Assembly (NCBI RefSeq): GCF_040938485.1 | Contig: NW_027271250.1 | Span: 1,302,001 to 1,366,000, forward strand | Length of the DNA stretch: 64,000 nucleotides | Direction: 5' to 3' | Origin: Diadema antillarum | Taxonomy: Eukaryota | Part shown: positions 43,991 through 64,000 of the stretch, piece by piece | Layout of the letters: the number at the start of each line of letters is the position of its first letter | Position numbering within the stretch: position 1 is the first letter of the stretch | The notes under the pieces: generated by a model | What the model was told of the DNA's origin: nothing | The model's input: the letters and a program-made list of their open reading frames with translations, nothing else | Databases searched by the model: none | Translations under genes and position numbers: made by a program

Positions 43991-45357
43991 TCTTCCAGTA
44001 CACTCGTCACTGGCACCTGCGACTTTTTTCCTCTCACAAATCTCATACAGTTTCTGGCAGTGTCTGTCTCCAATATACTCAGTGAAATACTTGCTCACAG
44101 TGACCACAGAAACTCCTCTTGTGTGCGGAGTTGTCTTCACAAATGATTGCAAGTTGCTCCCGTACTGCTCTTTTATTATCCACAGGGTTGAATAATATCT
44201 CCAATTTGTGCCATTGTTCAAGCCGGATGTCAAAAGCATTATTTACACACAAATTAATTAGCTTTGCCCTTTTCTTCATGTTCTGAATTCAATCAATTTT
44301 CAAGGCTCTAGATGATTCTTAATTAGATCGATAGATTGTTGAATGGTGACAGCTGTAGTCAGAACTTGGTTTAAAGGAGTTTTGTGCAAACAACGTAATC
44401 ACTGCTGGCTGTGCTTTCGTAATGCGACATATGGTGTGATGTCAATTGTGACATTTCAGAAGCCGACTCTCAAAAGTTTGTTTCAAACATGAAAACAATG
44501 GGGTGTCAACAAAAATGTTCAACTTATATCACAAGATTATATGATGCAGCAAATTGCATTAAATCAATGACCACACTAGCTCCTCCCAGGACATGTAACC
44601 ACAAACTTACATAGCAAATATCAATCATTCAATATTTTCATTATCAGTTATTTAGTATAATTCATATTCATGACAATCTATCATTACCATCATTCTTTGA
44701 ATATTCTTTTTGTGCACTGTTTAATTAACTTAGTGGTTTGTCAGTCAGCTTATTCAATCAGAGTAATTTGGGGTTACAACTGCAATAGTAGTATGCATCA
44801 TTTCCCACATTAGAAAACTTTAGGGCCAACCTCATTTCCTATTTCATCCTCTTGTAATATTTCAGCATTGAAAGAACGATGACAATAAATATACGGGTAT
44901 ACAAAATGGCACCTAGGGTGATGCAATTTTCAGTGAATGTCTTTATATCTATTCCAAATAAGTACATATTTTAGAGTTTCACACACGGTTCACCCTAGAA
45001 AGCTTTCTAGCAGGAAAGTGATGATATAATACTTCATTAATCAATTCTGATATATACGTTTGTCACAGTTTGCTAAATAATCACTTTGCTGCTTAAGCTT
45101 TTTTTGTGGTCTAAGTTCATATGATCACATCATCTTGTTTGAAAGATGCTAATAGGATATTGATAGCCATTCTACAAGTCCTTATGTATTTCTCTCACAA
45201 CAGCCACTTCCTAGCAGCTAGCTTTGACTTGGACAAAAAGTCTTTATACATTGTAGTGTGATACCCACAAAGAATGGTTAATTTCTATGTCAGTCTCAAA
45301 ACGTGTGCAAACTATCACGTTATACCAGCAAAATATAAAATTCTGCAAGGATGCTAA

Positions 45358-45363
45358 TTTATT
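45358..45363 (-). promoter_or_regulatory. Candidate poly(A) signal of NSUN6
   Basis: AATAAA on the minus strand 167 nt past the stop codon; position only. Confidence 0.4.
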
Positions 45364-45529
45364 GTGAAAATTCTGCAGCCTTGTTCATTCATTTTTGTTC
45401 CATGATGATAGAGTTAAGCACTAATCACTTGGACATTATTTCTTGCAAATACACTGCCATACTCAAAAGGAAACTAACAAAATCAAAGGATTTTCAGACA
45501 GATGCCATTGCAAATGAAGAAGCACAAGG

Positions 45530-53696
<8,167 letters not shown>

Positions 53697-54156
53697 AGAC
53701 AAACCACGTAAAATAGAAGTTGTCCATTTCTCACAAGGTTTTATTGCGTGAACTGTTTGAAATGTTCAAGATAGACATTTTACTGTCTACAAAATTTGAG
53801 CGCCATTTGCTCGGTAAGAATGTGTACGGTGATTCGTGGGATGAATTGTGATTCTGGTGCAACTGCAAGGACAAGGTGCGAAAGACCTTGAATTTTCCAT
53901 TACGAAAATCGTGTCCGGAATTACAATGCTATTTTGCACCGTGCAAAAAGACAACTTTTTTAAGAGTGTAGACTATGTTTGAAGCATATTTTCTAAAAAA
54001 TGGAGCAAACAATTGACGTAAGTTGGCTGAATTCGTAATTTCCAGAAGTCTGTGAATAAGTGGTGTTATTTTTAGCCGAAATTTCATCCTCTAAGTACGG
54101 AAAAAAGCGTCCGGTGATACGATCTACTCTCCTATACCTCTAACAACTACGTTACA

Positions 54157-54522
54157 CAGGGTGGTCCACAACTTGAAATTTTAGCATGTTGCAAGCTCAG
54201 AATCTGAGAATATTGCAGAAATTGAATATGCGCAGAGCGCACACGATGAGTACGTAGTACGCAATATTTTGCTGCTTATCTCTCTTTGTGCTGCTTACAT
54301 TCAATGTTCTCTCTCATGTTTTGCACACAAATATCTAAAGTACCTGGTAGTTTGATGTCTCCTATGTTATGCACATGTTTTGCACATTATTGAATACTTT
54401 TACTTTGAGCTTGTTGCAAATTCTTAAGGATGTTGCATAGCATGTTGCTGGCTTTTTAGGATGTTGCACAAGAATTTTAGCATGTTGCAGCGACATGCTA
54501 AAATCCCTCGTGGACCACCCTG
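54157..54522. mobile_element. 366-bp non-autonomous element, CAGGG termini, 6-bp flanking direct repeat
   Basis: cagggtggtccac / gtggaccaccctg; gttaca on both sides; internal ttttagcatgttgca repeats. Confidence 0.8.
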
Positions 54523-54731
54523 GTTACAGATATCAGAGACTCCAACCCAAAGTACCTTCTGATCTGGAGATTCTCCCGCCTGAAACCCCTAGTAAACGGG
54601 AGACTCAAAGTTGATGTGTGCGAAGCGCGAAATTCCCAGGGTTCTAGATGCTCTCTGGTGCTATCTAAGGCTTATTTTTTTCAACATACGATAGAAATAT
54701 GTAAGAAATCCTTTCCAACGGGAGACAAAGA

Positions 54732-54803
54732 GGCAATGCTTGAGTGCAGACGTGGCGACTGAGTACGGACACTCAGTCGCCACGTCTGCACTCAAGCATT
54801 GCC
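54732..54803. repeat. Perfect 33-bp inverted repeat with 6-nt loop
   Basis: ggcaatgcttgagtgcagacgtggcgactgagt-acggac-actcagtcgccacgtctgcactcaagcattgcc. Confidence 0.95.
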
Positions 54804-55029
54804 GCGCCGCCGCGCCTGGCGACACTCACGCCAGTAATCGCTCGCATTTCAGCATTCGCATGGGTCGTTCGACATCGCATTTAAATCCATGATTTTAGAT
54901 ATGATGCCTCAAACCGATTTTGCTCAAATTTCGTGAGTAACTAGGAAACTTGTGAAGCTTTATGGACATAATCAAGCGAATTGCCGCAGTCCTTTCATTT
55001 TCGCGTTGCATTGCAAAACAGCGTGGAGA

Positions 55030-55112
55030 CTCCTTATAAGGGGTGCCCCGGGGGTTACTTATAAGGGGGACGGGGTTACTTATAAGGGGGACGGGTTACT
55101 TATAAGGAGGGG
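55030..55112. repeat. 21-bp minisatellite (~3-4 units)
   Basis: ggggttacttataagggggac repeated. Confidence 0.85.
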
Positions 55113-56869
55113 CCCCCCTTGTGAGTGGGTTTCCCGAACTGAGATAATAATTAATATTCAAAGGACTCGGGTTAGATCTCCGAGTCTCATTAAATTTAAA
55201 CAGTGTTGTGTGTAATCACAGCCTTTCAATTCCATGCCCATGGAATCCCATCATGCTAATATTACATGTAATTGTTGTTAGTGGGACTTCAGAAATATTT
55301 CCTGCTCGAGTGAGTTGGCAGCCTAACATATTAAAGTAGTGTTGCATGTGCAGCTGGAATTTCTAGAACACAACAAATATGTTAACGAATGGGACTGGCT
55401 TACAATTGCATCGACAGACATAACACCGAAGATGTCACTTGTCTGTCGTGATCTATTACATGATTCTGGATACACATCAGATTATTTGTTACCTTGTTTT
55501 CAAGCGTTCCCCTGAGATGATTACCAATATCATGCTTAAATTCGGTCTTCCGGCCAAAACTCGTTCGGTAGTTCATGGTGCGATGACCAAACACACGAGC
55601 ATACATCGACAAACGCATAGCACTCACCTCCCTGGACTGTGCGATGCGTGTAGTGTGTGTGTTGTCGTCTGCATAAAACACCTTCGCCTAGTTTGTGCGA
55701 AAGCGTGCCTCTTTCACCGACCACGTATCATGTACCACACACACACACAGTTGTAAACGGTTATCTGTGCTAGCCTTCATGTCGAAGAAATGTCTTGAAC
55801 TTCTACTTTTGTGTGTATTAAAGATACTGTTTAAGACATTTCAATTTGCCTTCATTTTTCTGTTAAAAAAAATAAGAAGAAGAGAGTAATCCCCCTTTTC
55901 ACATATTCGACAATATAAGAGCAGATTGTTCTATGATTCTACAATTTTTCAAGTTCGTGTCTGAAAAGAGAATAGGCAATATGGGTGTCAACTTTTATCC
56001 AATCATAACCCGTCGAGAAATTTTGGCGCGAAAAGCAAAATTGGCGCAGGAAGACCAATTGAAAGAGTGGCATGATATTTCATGTACGCAGAATCTGTGC
56101 TCACTCTAGTTTATACCATGTGCTGTGACGTGATAAGGCGATGTCATCACATCACAACTTTTTCATGCAAAATATATTTGTTTGCATGTAGGCCTATGCA
56201 TGTATGCAGACCTATCATATAATACCATCTCTAGGTCCGCATTAGCTGAAGTGGGAGTGATACCCCACCTCGTGATCTGTGCCCAGTAGTGTCCACAGTA
56301 AAAATATGGCATATTACATTATGACCACACGTGGTGTCAAACCTCTTTTCAAATTCATTGAGGAATGTTGGCATAAATCTAGCGATTAGTGGAAAATTAT
56401 GATCATAAGGTACATTTCGACAGTGCAGCTAATAATAATACATATGCTATACTGTACTGCACTGCAATAGGAGAGTGAGAGTATGTATCAACAGAGAAAA
56501 TATATGTGATAATTATTCTCTGTAACGAAAATGCGGACGACATTTACGAAAAAAAGGGTATGATTTAAAATGATGAATGGAGGACATGATTGTCAGATTC
56601 ACATTAATGAAGTTTGATGAAAAAAGAACGGTCAATCTGTTTATTAAATCCACATACATCTGAGATTATTTCCCCCTTAAGCAACATAATGGACCATTTC
56701 TATCCCTCTTCCTGATATATAAAGGGACTACCGTGACACAGCGATGAAGACACCGATGAAGACAGCAGATTCTCAATGGTGCAGGTCAGGCGCGCCGGAA
56801 GCAGTTTTGGATTGGGGGGGGCAAACATTGGAGGGGGCTCAAGATTAGACCATGCATATGTTACACAAT

Positions 56870-56874
<5 letters not shown>

Positions 56875-56900
<26 letters not shown>

Positions 56901-56902
56901 TC

Positions 56903-56950
<48 letters not shown>
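56875..56950. repeat. (CA)n(TA)n microsatellite
   Basis: Direct reading. Confidence 0.95.
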
Positions 56951-56957
<7 letters not shown>

Positions 56958-57184
56958 AGTGGCGTACGGTGGGTCGAAACATGGGGGGAACCATAAAGTA
57001 ATTTTGACGGTCTGTATGCTTGTGCGTGTGTGCGTGAGCAATAATGGGACTACAATACATTACGGAATGTGATACATTCAACAACGCAGTCATTGAGGAA
57101 CATTGTAAGTTTTCCTTACATGGATTATGGAATGATGGTGTGAAACGATCGACAAATTAGATACTGTCAGCAACATAAGGTGAA

Positions 57185-57900
57185 TGGCATAACAATAAAA
57201 TGCGAGCGAGCGAAGCGAGCGAGCTTGAAAATTTTGATATTCTACAGTTCCAAAACTGGAGTTTTAATTGTAGCTATATACATATTTCGCTTTGAAATAA
57301 ATGGGGGCGCATCGGGCGCAACTGCTGGCAATTATTGGCAGCAACACTAGGAGAATGGCATAACGATTCAATGCGAGCGAGCGAAGCGAGCAAGCTTGAA
57401 AATTTTGACATTCTACAGTCCCAAAACTGGGGTTTGTAGCTTTATCTTTCACTTTGGAAATAAATGGGGCGGCGCATCGGGCGCAACTGCTGGCAATTAC
57501 TGGCAGCAACATTAGGAGAATGGCATAACGATTCAATGCAAGCGAGCAAAGCGAGCGAGCTTGAGAATTTTGACATTTTACAGTCCCAAAACTCCCGTTT
57601 GTAGCTATATCTTTCGCTTTGGAAATTAAGGGGGGGGGGGGCATCGGACGCAACTGCTGGCAATTACTGGCAGCAACATTAGGAGAGTGGCATAACGATT
57701 CAATGTGAGCGAGCGAAGCGAGCGAGCTTGAAAATTTTGACATTCTAGAGTCCAACAACTGCCGTCGTAGCTATGTTTTTCGCGTTAGTAATTAAGGGGG
57801 AGGCGCACCGGGCTCAACTGCTGGATGCGAGCGAGCGAAGCGAGCGAGCTTGAAAATTTTGACATTTTACAGTCCAAAAGCTGCCGTTTGTAGCTTTATT
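57185..57900. repeat. ~165-170-bp tandem repeat, ~5 units, inside the hAT-like element
   Basis: gcgagcgagcgaagcgagcgagcttgaaaattttga at ~57202, 57373, 57538, 57705 and 57827. Confidence 0.9.
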
Positions 57901-58355
57901 TTTTCCCTTTTATTCATATAGATCTACATATTTATTTTGTTTTCTTTGTTTATTCATTTATTTTTATTATCATTATTTCTATTTGTTTATATTTTTTTTT
58001 TTGGGGGGGGGGCTTTTTGGGGGGGCAAAAATGCGTTTTGCCCCCCCCCCCCACTTTTTGGATTGGGGGGGGGGGGGCGGCCGCCCCCCCCCCCTACCCC
58101 CCACTTCCGGCGCCTATGGTGCAGGTCACTGGTTTGAATCCACTGATGGCAACGGTTGTACCTTATTCCGGGATCTTATTTTAAACAATAGTCTATACTC
58201 CTTCTGAGTGCAAGGGACTTAAACCGTTCGTCCAGTATAATAGCTTGCTCATAAGCATTTAAGTGCTTTCTTAATCATCATATATATACACAAGTAATCC
58301 AACCAAACAAGGAGACGCAAGCTCTGTCACTGTTATACTCCGTCCGAATCTCTTG

Positions 58356-58585
58356 CACTCTAAAAAAAGCATTATAATAAATCCAACATTTTAGATTCTG
58401 TCACTCCTCGAACCTTTTGTAAATGTTAAATTTAACACTCGAAATGTTGGATTAGCCGATTTTTTTTTTTTTTAGCTAAATGGTAAATCCAACATTCTGA
58501 GTGTCATATTGAACATTTACACACGGTTCGAGGAGTGACGACATTTAGAATGTTGAATTTTACTAGCATTCCATTTTTTAGAATG
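58356..58585. repeat. Fold-back MITE-like element
   Basis: cactctaaaaaa / ttttttagaatg ends; gtcactcctcgaacc / ggttcgaggagtgac; gtaaatgtt / aacatttac. Confidence 0.75.
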
Positions 58586-60904
58586 TGCCCAATCGTCCGC
58601 GCATCCATAGTCAAAGTACACTTCGTGATTATCGTAATTGTTTGTCTGAACAGACTGTGGCTAACGTCTGTGTTTGGCTTTGTGTGCTTCCACATAATTA
58701 CTTTCATACTAGGATAAAGAGATCTGAATTGAATTGAATTAATCCCTCTTTTATTTCTCTTTTTTTCAGGACAACAACCGAATGAAACACATAACTGGAT
58801 AAAAAGAATATAAAAATCATCAATATTCAATTCGAAATAAATGAAGATAATCATACCATGGCAAATATTCGCTTTTATCGTCGTCATTATACAGTGTCAG
58901 ATAAACTGCAAATCTTGGTAAGCTGCTTGGTTTAGTTTTATTTATGTTTTTTCTCTAAGTACTGTGACAACTTAACACAAAGTATGTAAAAATGTGAAAG
59001 ATACAAATCAATATACGAATTGTAAAATTCATAACAACACTGTCCCTGATAACATAATATCTATAGGGAAAATAGCGACATTGCTTTCCATGCAACTTTT
59101 TTTTTTCAAATAGAAACACTAAAATGTAATGACAGTTGCACTTTTCAACATCTATTTTTATGCAGAAATACACGTTGAACCAACACCTTTCGGTGTTAAA
59201 TGACCTCTTAATCCCTAATTCCAACATTCATTCCTACCCAACTCTCATTTTGACTGATTATCATTTCAAAAACCCTATTCGATTCAGTTCAATTCATTTT
59301 TTTTTCATTCTTCTTTTTCTAACAAGACATAAGACAGAATAAATTAGGAATTATATCATAAACGTGTATACATTCGACTTTGCAAAGGATAAATGATACA
59401 GATAAAGATATATGCATGCATTATACTGGCAAAAAATACAGTCATGCTTCAGTTGAGAGAAAAAAATGAGAGGTCCACTAAATAGCAATATTGTATATTG
59501 TGAACCGCTCAAAGAAAATCCTTATGAAATACCTATTTGCAAAATTAATACTGAGCACAAATATAATTTAAGCCAAGACGGAACAAAACAGGAGAAACAC
59601 AACAACAACAATGACACGACTTGACAGAATAGATGGAAAGAATGGAAGGAAAAAAAGAAAAAAGAGATCATTGTCTGAGCAAAAAAACAAAACAAAACAA
59701 CAAAAAAAAAAACGATAACAAATCTTTGAAACATCATGTGGAATTCATGGAATACTTTGTAAGCTGGGTGCATGTAACGATAACAAGTGGGGTTTTTTAG
59801 GATAAAAGTAAAGTATAACTACTTTAGTTAATGAAATGTTCTAGACATTGGGTTCGTAATGTCTGCTTGATTTCCGGGCTAAAACGATTTTGGGTAATTC
59901 ACGAGGTGATATAGTAACTATTATGTCGAACGGCAAGTTTCTGTATATGTGAATACCGAGATTTCCGAGTCTAAGCGGTGCTCACTGATAATTTTCATGA
60001 CTACATCAGACCCACAATAGCTTAAGCATCATGAACACTACTTGAAGAACACAGTCTTATAGATAGATCTTATTCATTAACACTAAATTAAGAAGCATAT
60101 AGATAGAAAAATGCTATGGAAGTGACACCGCACTTAATTAAAAGAAACACTCCTCACATTATCGTTTACAATTTACAAGGAGAATCTTTACAGTTCCGGC
60201 AACCGATGAATATCTACACTGTGGTGAGCACAACGAGTCGTCGATGGTGGCAGCATTAATATGCCTTTTCTCCTCGCACATCTTGTGTATTTGTCATTTA
60301 CTACTGCAATGTTGACAATCACGTGCTTCATTTGCTTGTTTTTACTTTCATCTTTGATGTGCTGAATCTTCCTAATTTCTTCATGAAAAACGGAATTGAA
60401 TTGGTTTAAAAGGTATTTCTTGCAACGATTTCTCTGTGAAATAATAAAATACAGAATGATACAATACAATATTTTTTTACAGCGCGAAATACCGATGATG
60501 TTCATTATTCCGTCTGAATCACACAAATTCCGTGTAACGAGATGTTCGTTCGTCCGAAATCAAAAATTTGTGGGGTTATTCCAAAGGTTCGTTAAAAGGT
60601 TCGGACTGGCGAACCTTATTTCATGTTCGTGCCATTGAACCTTCGAAATATTGAAATGCCAACAGCAAAGAACATACCCAGTCATTTGTTTGCTTTAACT
60701 TGAACAGTAGGCTTATAATGAAATGTACTTACCTCAAAATAAACAACATTCAAGCATGTAGATAAGTATCGTAATAAAGGTGTCACAATATATGTACACA
60801 CACACACACACACACACTTTTTTATTTTTCAGTAATCTTTATTTGATTTCTGTAATTTCACTATAACAACATTCATCTTGAATGTGTAAACACAATGTAC
60901 AAAC

Positions 60905-60970
60905 AGCACACACAAAAAAACGACAACAAACAAACAAACAAAAAACAAACAAACAAACAAACAAACAACC
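60905..60970. repeat. (AAAC)n microsatellite
   Basis: Direct reading. Confidence 0.9.
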
Positions 60971-61626
60971 TACAGAATTAAGTGGCCAGACAAAGTTTAT
61001 GTGCCTGGTAATGTCATGGCATCATTTTTATGGCAATTAGAATAAAAATCGAATCATTATGAATTCAATGAAAATACCAGATCGTAGCCGGATTTGTATG
61101 AAAGTTTCAGGTCAAGGTCAGATATCGATTGTAAGTGAATGTATGACTTGTTTTGGATGATATAACATCATAATCCGATCATCTCCCTGATAAAGAAATA
61201 GTCTTATTATACATATAAGGGAGAGTTTCAACGTTATACGAAACAGATCTTGAAGATTACTCTAAAGATACTTGGAACATGTTTAGACCTATATGTTATA
61301 GGCCCACATATCTTCTCCTTAACAAGTTATATAGCAACACAAATTGTAATCTTTATGGGGTGCTGGCAATATTCCGGAAATAGTAATTTAAAATAAAATG
61401 ATTTTAAAATATTGAACAATAGACTTGTTTACTGTCACCACTTGCATATAGTAGCGACATAAAATCCGGTTTACAGGGCTCTTATGGTTTGATTCAGGGT
61501 ATATAGGAAAAGTTCCCTCTTGGATTTCGAGATTGAAGACTACCATGTTCATTCTCTTACAAGAAAAAAGAAGATCTTTTGGAAAGTTTGACAAATTGTA
61601 TATATTGTGATTTTTGAATATACAAT

Positions 61627-61629
<3 letters not shown>

Positions 61630-61672
<43 letters not shown>

Positions 61673-61705
61673 TATATATGTATATATATGTATGTATATA
61701 TATTT
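61630..61705. repeat. (TA)n microsatellite
   Basis: Direct reading. Confidence 0.95.
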
Positions 61706-61830
61706 ATTATTATATTTTTAAAGCATAAGACAAAATCTCCATATTTGAGAACCTATCATTGATTGAGAGACCTGTATTGCTTCTGAGCATCGGAAGCATT
61801 TTTTTTTTTTCACTGTACGCGCATTAGACC

Positions 61831-62200
61831 TGGGGCCCGTTGCATAAAACTTACTCTCTAAAAAAGAAAGAGTGAATTTTCACTCGATTTTCACTCCCCT
61901 TGGTAGTGACGTCAAGGATCACTAGAAGTGGAGTGAATTTCGAGTGAACAGAAATTTCACTCCAAAAGAGAGTGAAAAAAGACGGAAATGTTTTTGGTGG
62001 GATGTTCACTCCTTTCTCACTCTAAATTCACTCCTGACGTATTTCACTCTTTTGTCAGTCGTTTTTCACTCCTTTCTCACTCTCAATTCACTCCTATTGT
62101 ATTCACTCTTCTTTAACTCCGGAGGTTTTCCACTCCTTTTTCACTCTTTTTTCAATCCTTTTTTAATCTTTTTTCAATCCCAAACGGAATTACACTCTAC
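61831..62200. repeat. Truncated repeat with ggggcccgttgcataaaact end and internal ttcactcc repeats
   Basis: MITE-like left end and many TTCACTC / GAGTGAA units; no matching right end found. Confidence 0.55.
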
Positions 62201-62926
62201 ATGAGCACACATCTCTATCACTATTGATCACAGCACTCGGTGCACTAGCTATTCAACCCTGGAAGAAAAAGTGACAATATGGTGATGAATTTGGGAACAA
62301 TCTAGGTGGTCTGGAGTCATTTTTGGAATAATGAATACCAATCAAACTAATACAAACAAAAACAGCAAGCAACGTTCATAATATAGATATTTGTTGATAT
62401 TAATGCATGTATTTAGAAGCCAACGATCCACCACTGGTAGCCCAGTGCATTGCCAACTTTGTGTTCCAGTTTTGAAAGTAATTCCTACCCGAGCTGGATC
62501 AATACATGAAACTGAATAAATATAAGCTAGTAATCCAAATGGCTGTTGTTTCATTCTTTCTTATTAATTTATTCTTTCTTTAAGTAGCATTGAGGGGGAT
62601 ATAAGAAGATAATGTACTAAATGCTATGCATGTTATGTTTTTTTTTTTTTTATGAGCTGATTCTCTATATTAAATAAATGTGTGATGTCCACTGGATCAC
62701 CTGAAATAAAAAAAAAGGAATATACCTCTTGAAATATCTAAACTTCAACTGCAGAGCAGTACACCATTACAAACAGTCTTCATGTGCCGAGCATCTGGTT
62801 TTCCATGAATTATGTGGCCAATAATAATTTTACATATTTTTATCACTTAAGAACAACTGTCACCACAATCATCTCAAGGTCCCTGTAAATATGCTATTCT
62901 AGCTGTCATTCCCAAAGCTCTACAAA

Positions 62927-63176
62927 TGGAGAGTTTGTTTGCAAAAACTGCTAAGTCCATATGTGCCAAATGGAGATATTTGCGATTAAAGGTCAAGAAA
63001 AATAAAGGGAATAATAAGAAAATTTTTGCTTCTTTTGATCATAACTTCAAAAATGTACCTTTATATGCAGTGACCAATATATAATTTAAAAGGTATTATT
63101 TTGTACTTTATGACAGAGACCGTACTTCAAAATCTTCAAAAATGGACATATTGGTTTTTGCGAACAAACTCTTCAA
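62927..63176. mobile_element. ~250-bp MITE
   Basis: agagtttgtttgcaaaaac / gtttttgcgaacaaactct. Confidence 0.7.
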
Positions 63177-64000
63177 ATATTAACATCACACATTTCCCCG
63201 AAAATATGCCAAATTCATAAAGTTTGTGCAAAAGTGAAAAATTTTACAAGTACCCTTCCTGAACATGTTTAATTTTTGACTACAAGTGAATATAATTATT
63301 GCATGTTCAATGATAAGCTACAAAAGACTTGCAAAGTATAGTCACCATTATCTATATTATAATACAAAAAATTACACATGTAGTAGGAATTGTGATTGCT
63401 TCGAAACATTGACAAAAATACAGAAATTTTCAATACTGCATGGTTAATCAAGTTTGGATCCTCTGTCATGTAACACAGTGATGCTCTACAAGTACATTGT
63501 ACAAATACCTAAACATACTCGATCAGAGAAGCACGGTCTTGACTTTAAGTAGGCTTTAGGTGGGGTATTTATGTAGATGATTGAGCCAGAGGGGGGCCTC
63601 CCTGGAACCCCCCAGACCTCGGCCATCAACCGTGCGATCATTACAAAATCCACACACAAATTGCCTGTGACATAATCTATAAAACGGAAATGTTGATTTT
63701 CAACAACAACAAAAAGTCACTTGGCTAAATTATGCTAATTTGAGCATGAAATCAGACCATTTGCCATAAATAAAGTTCCAGAAAGGCACATTTTTTGTTT
63801 TTTGTGTAAATATTCTTTCTAGTGTCCATAGCAAATGAAAGAGAAAAACCTGTGCCATCAAAAATTCTGAAGTATCTATTTTTTTTCCTATTTACTCATG
63901 TATTTCTTTGTTTCTTACTTTTTGTTTTTCATTGCCTTTTCAATGAAATTTGTCAGCAACACGTCCAGCATGAAAATATTTATGTTATTGATTACAATCA

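Larger units (their letters stand above)
56787..58118. mobile_element. 1.33-kb non-autonomous hAT-like element with 8-bp TSD
   Basis: gtgcaggt duplicated at 56779-56786 and 58119-58126; imperfect 15-bp TIR caggcgcgccggaag / cttccggcgcctatg; G/C-run subtermini. Confidence 0.85.

Noticed and set aside
55150-55190. tRNA or SINE-like hairpin (gactcgg...ccgagtc)
   Set aside because: No cloverleaf or A/B boxes; no tRNA or rRNA gene could be supported anywhere in the window.
57185-57900. CRISPR-like array and ORFs 57264-57758 and 57442-57663
   Set aside because: The spacers are themselves homologous, the context is eukaryotic and there are no cas genes; the ORFs are repeat-derived.
56746-58190. 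Short ORF reconstructed across the empty site of the hAT-like insertion
   Set aside because: It gives only 17-22 codons with no recognisable similarity; not supportable as a CDS.
60194-60223. Possible 30-nt plus-strand micro-exon (cag|...TGTG|gtgagc)
   Set aside because: No partner exons or protein similarity; such site pairs arise by chance in 10 kb.

Overview
AT-rich, intron-rich animal genomic DNA. An invertebrate deuterostome, probably a sea-urchin-type echinoderm, is my inference from gene content and repeat style only. Three main components, all on the minus strand. (1) A very large SCO-spondin-like gene: ATG at 43990, 31 exons traced by hand with GT-AG sites and continuous reading phase, running off the window at position 1. 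Its architecture is signal peptide-EMI-EGF-~840 aa Ser/Lys/Glu-rich repeat block-3x(vWD/C8/TIL)-5x LDLa-giant Thr/Pro/Ser mucin exon, and the mucin exon carries two frameshifting indels as assembled. (2) A full-length, ORF-intact 4,995-bp DIRS1-like tyrosine-recombinase retrotransposon (7824-12818) in intron 28 of that gene, with ITRs and an internal complementary region. (3) The tRNA m5C methyltransferase gene NSUN6 (about 53696-45530), directly upstream. The rest is introns and intergenic DNA with many MITEs, fold-backs and microsatellites. The best candidate for an undescribed system is the expression logic of the DIRS element. The RT ORF has no ATG ahead of the RT core and overlaps gag in the -1 frame across an HIV-type T TTT TTA slippery site. 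A consensus donor/acceptor pair would excise the whole RT ORF and join the same frameshifted leader in frame to the recombinase. One transcript could therefore give Gag, Gag-RT/RH/MT and Gag-YR. The second candidate is the SCO-spondin-mucin chimera with a putative phospho/glyco-polyampholyte insert. All such interpretations are hypotheses from sequence alone.
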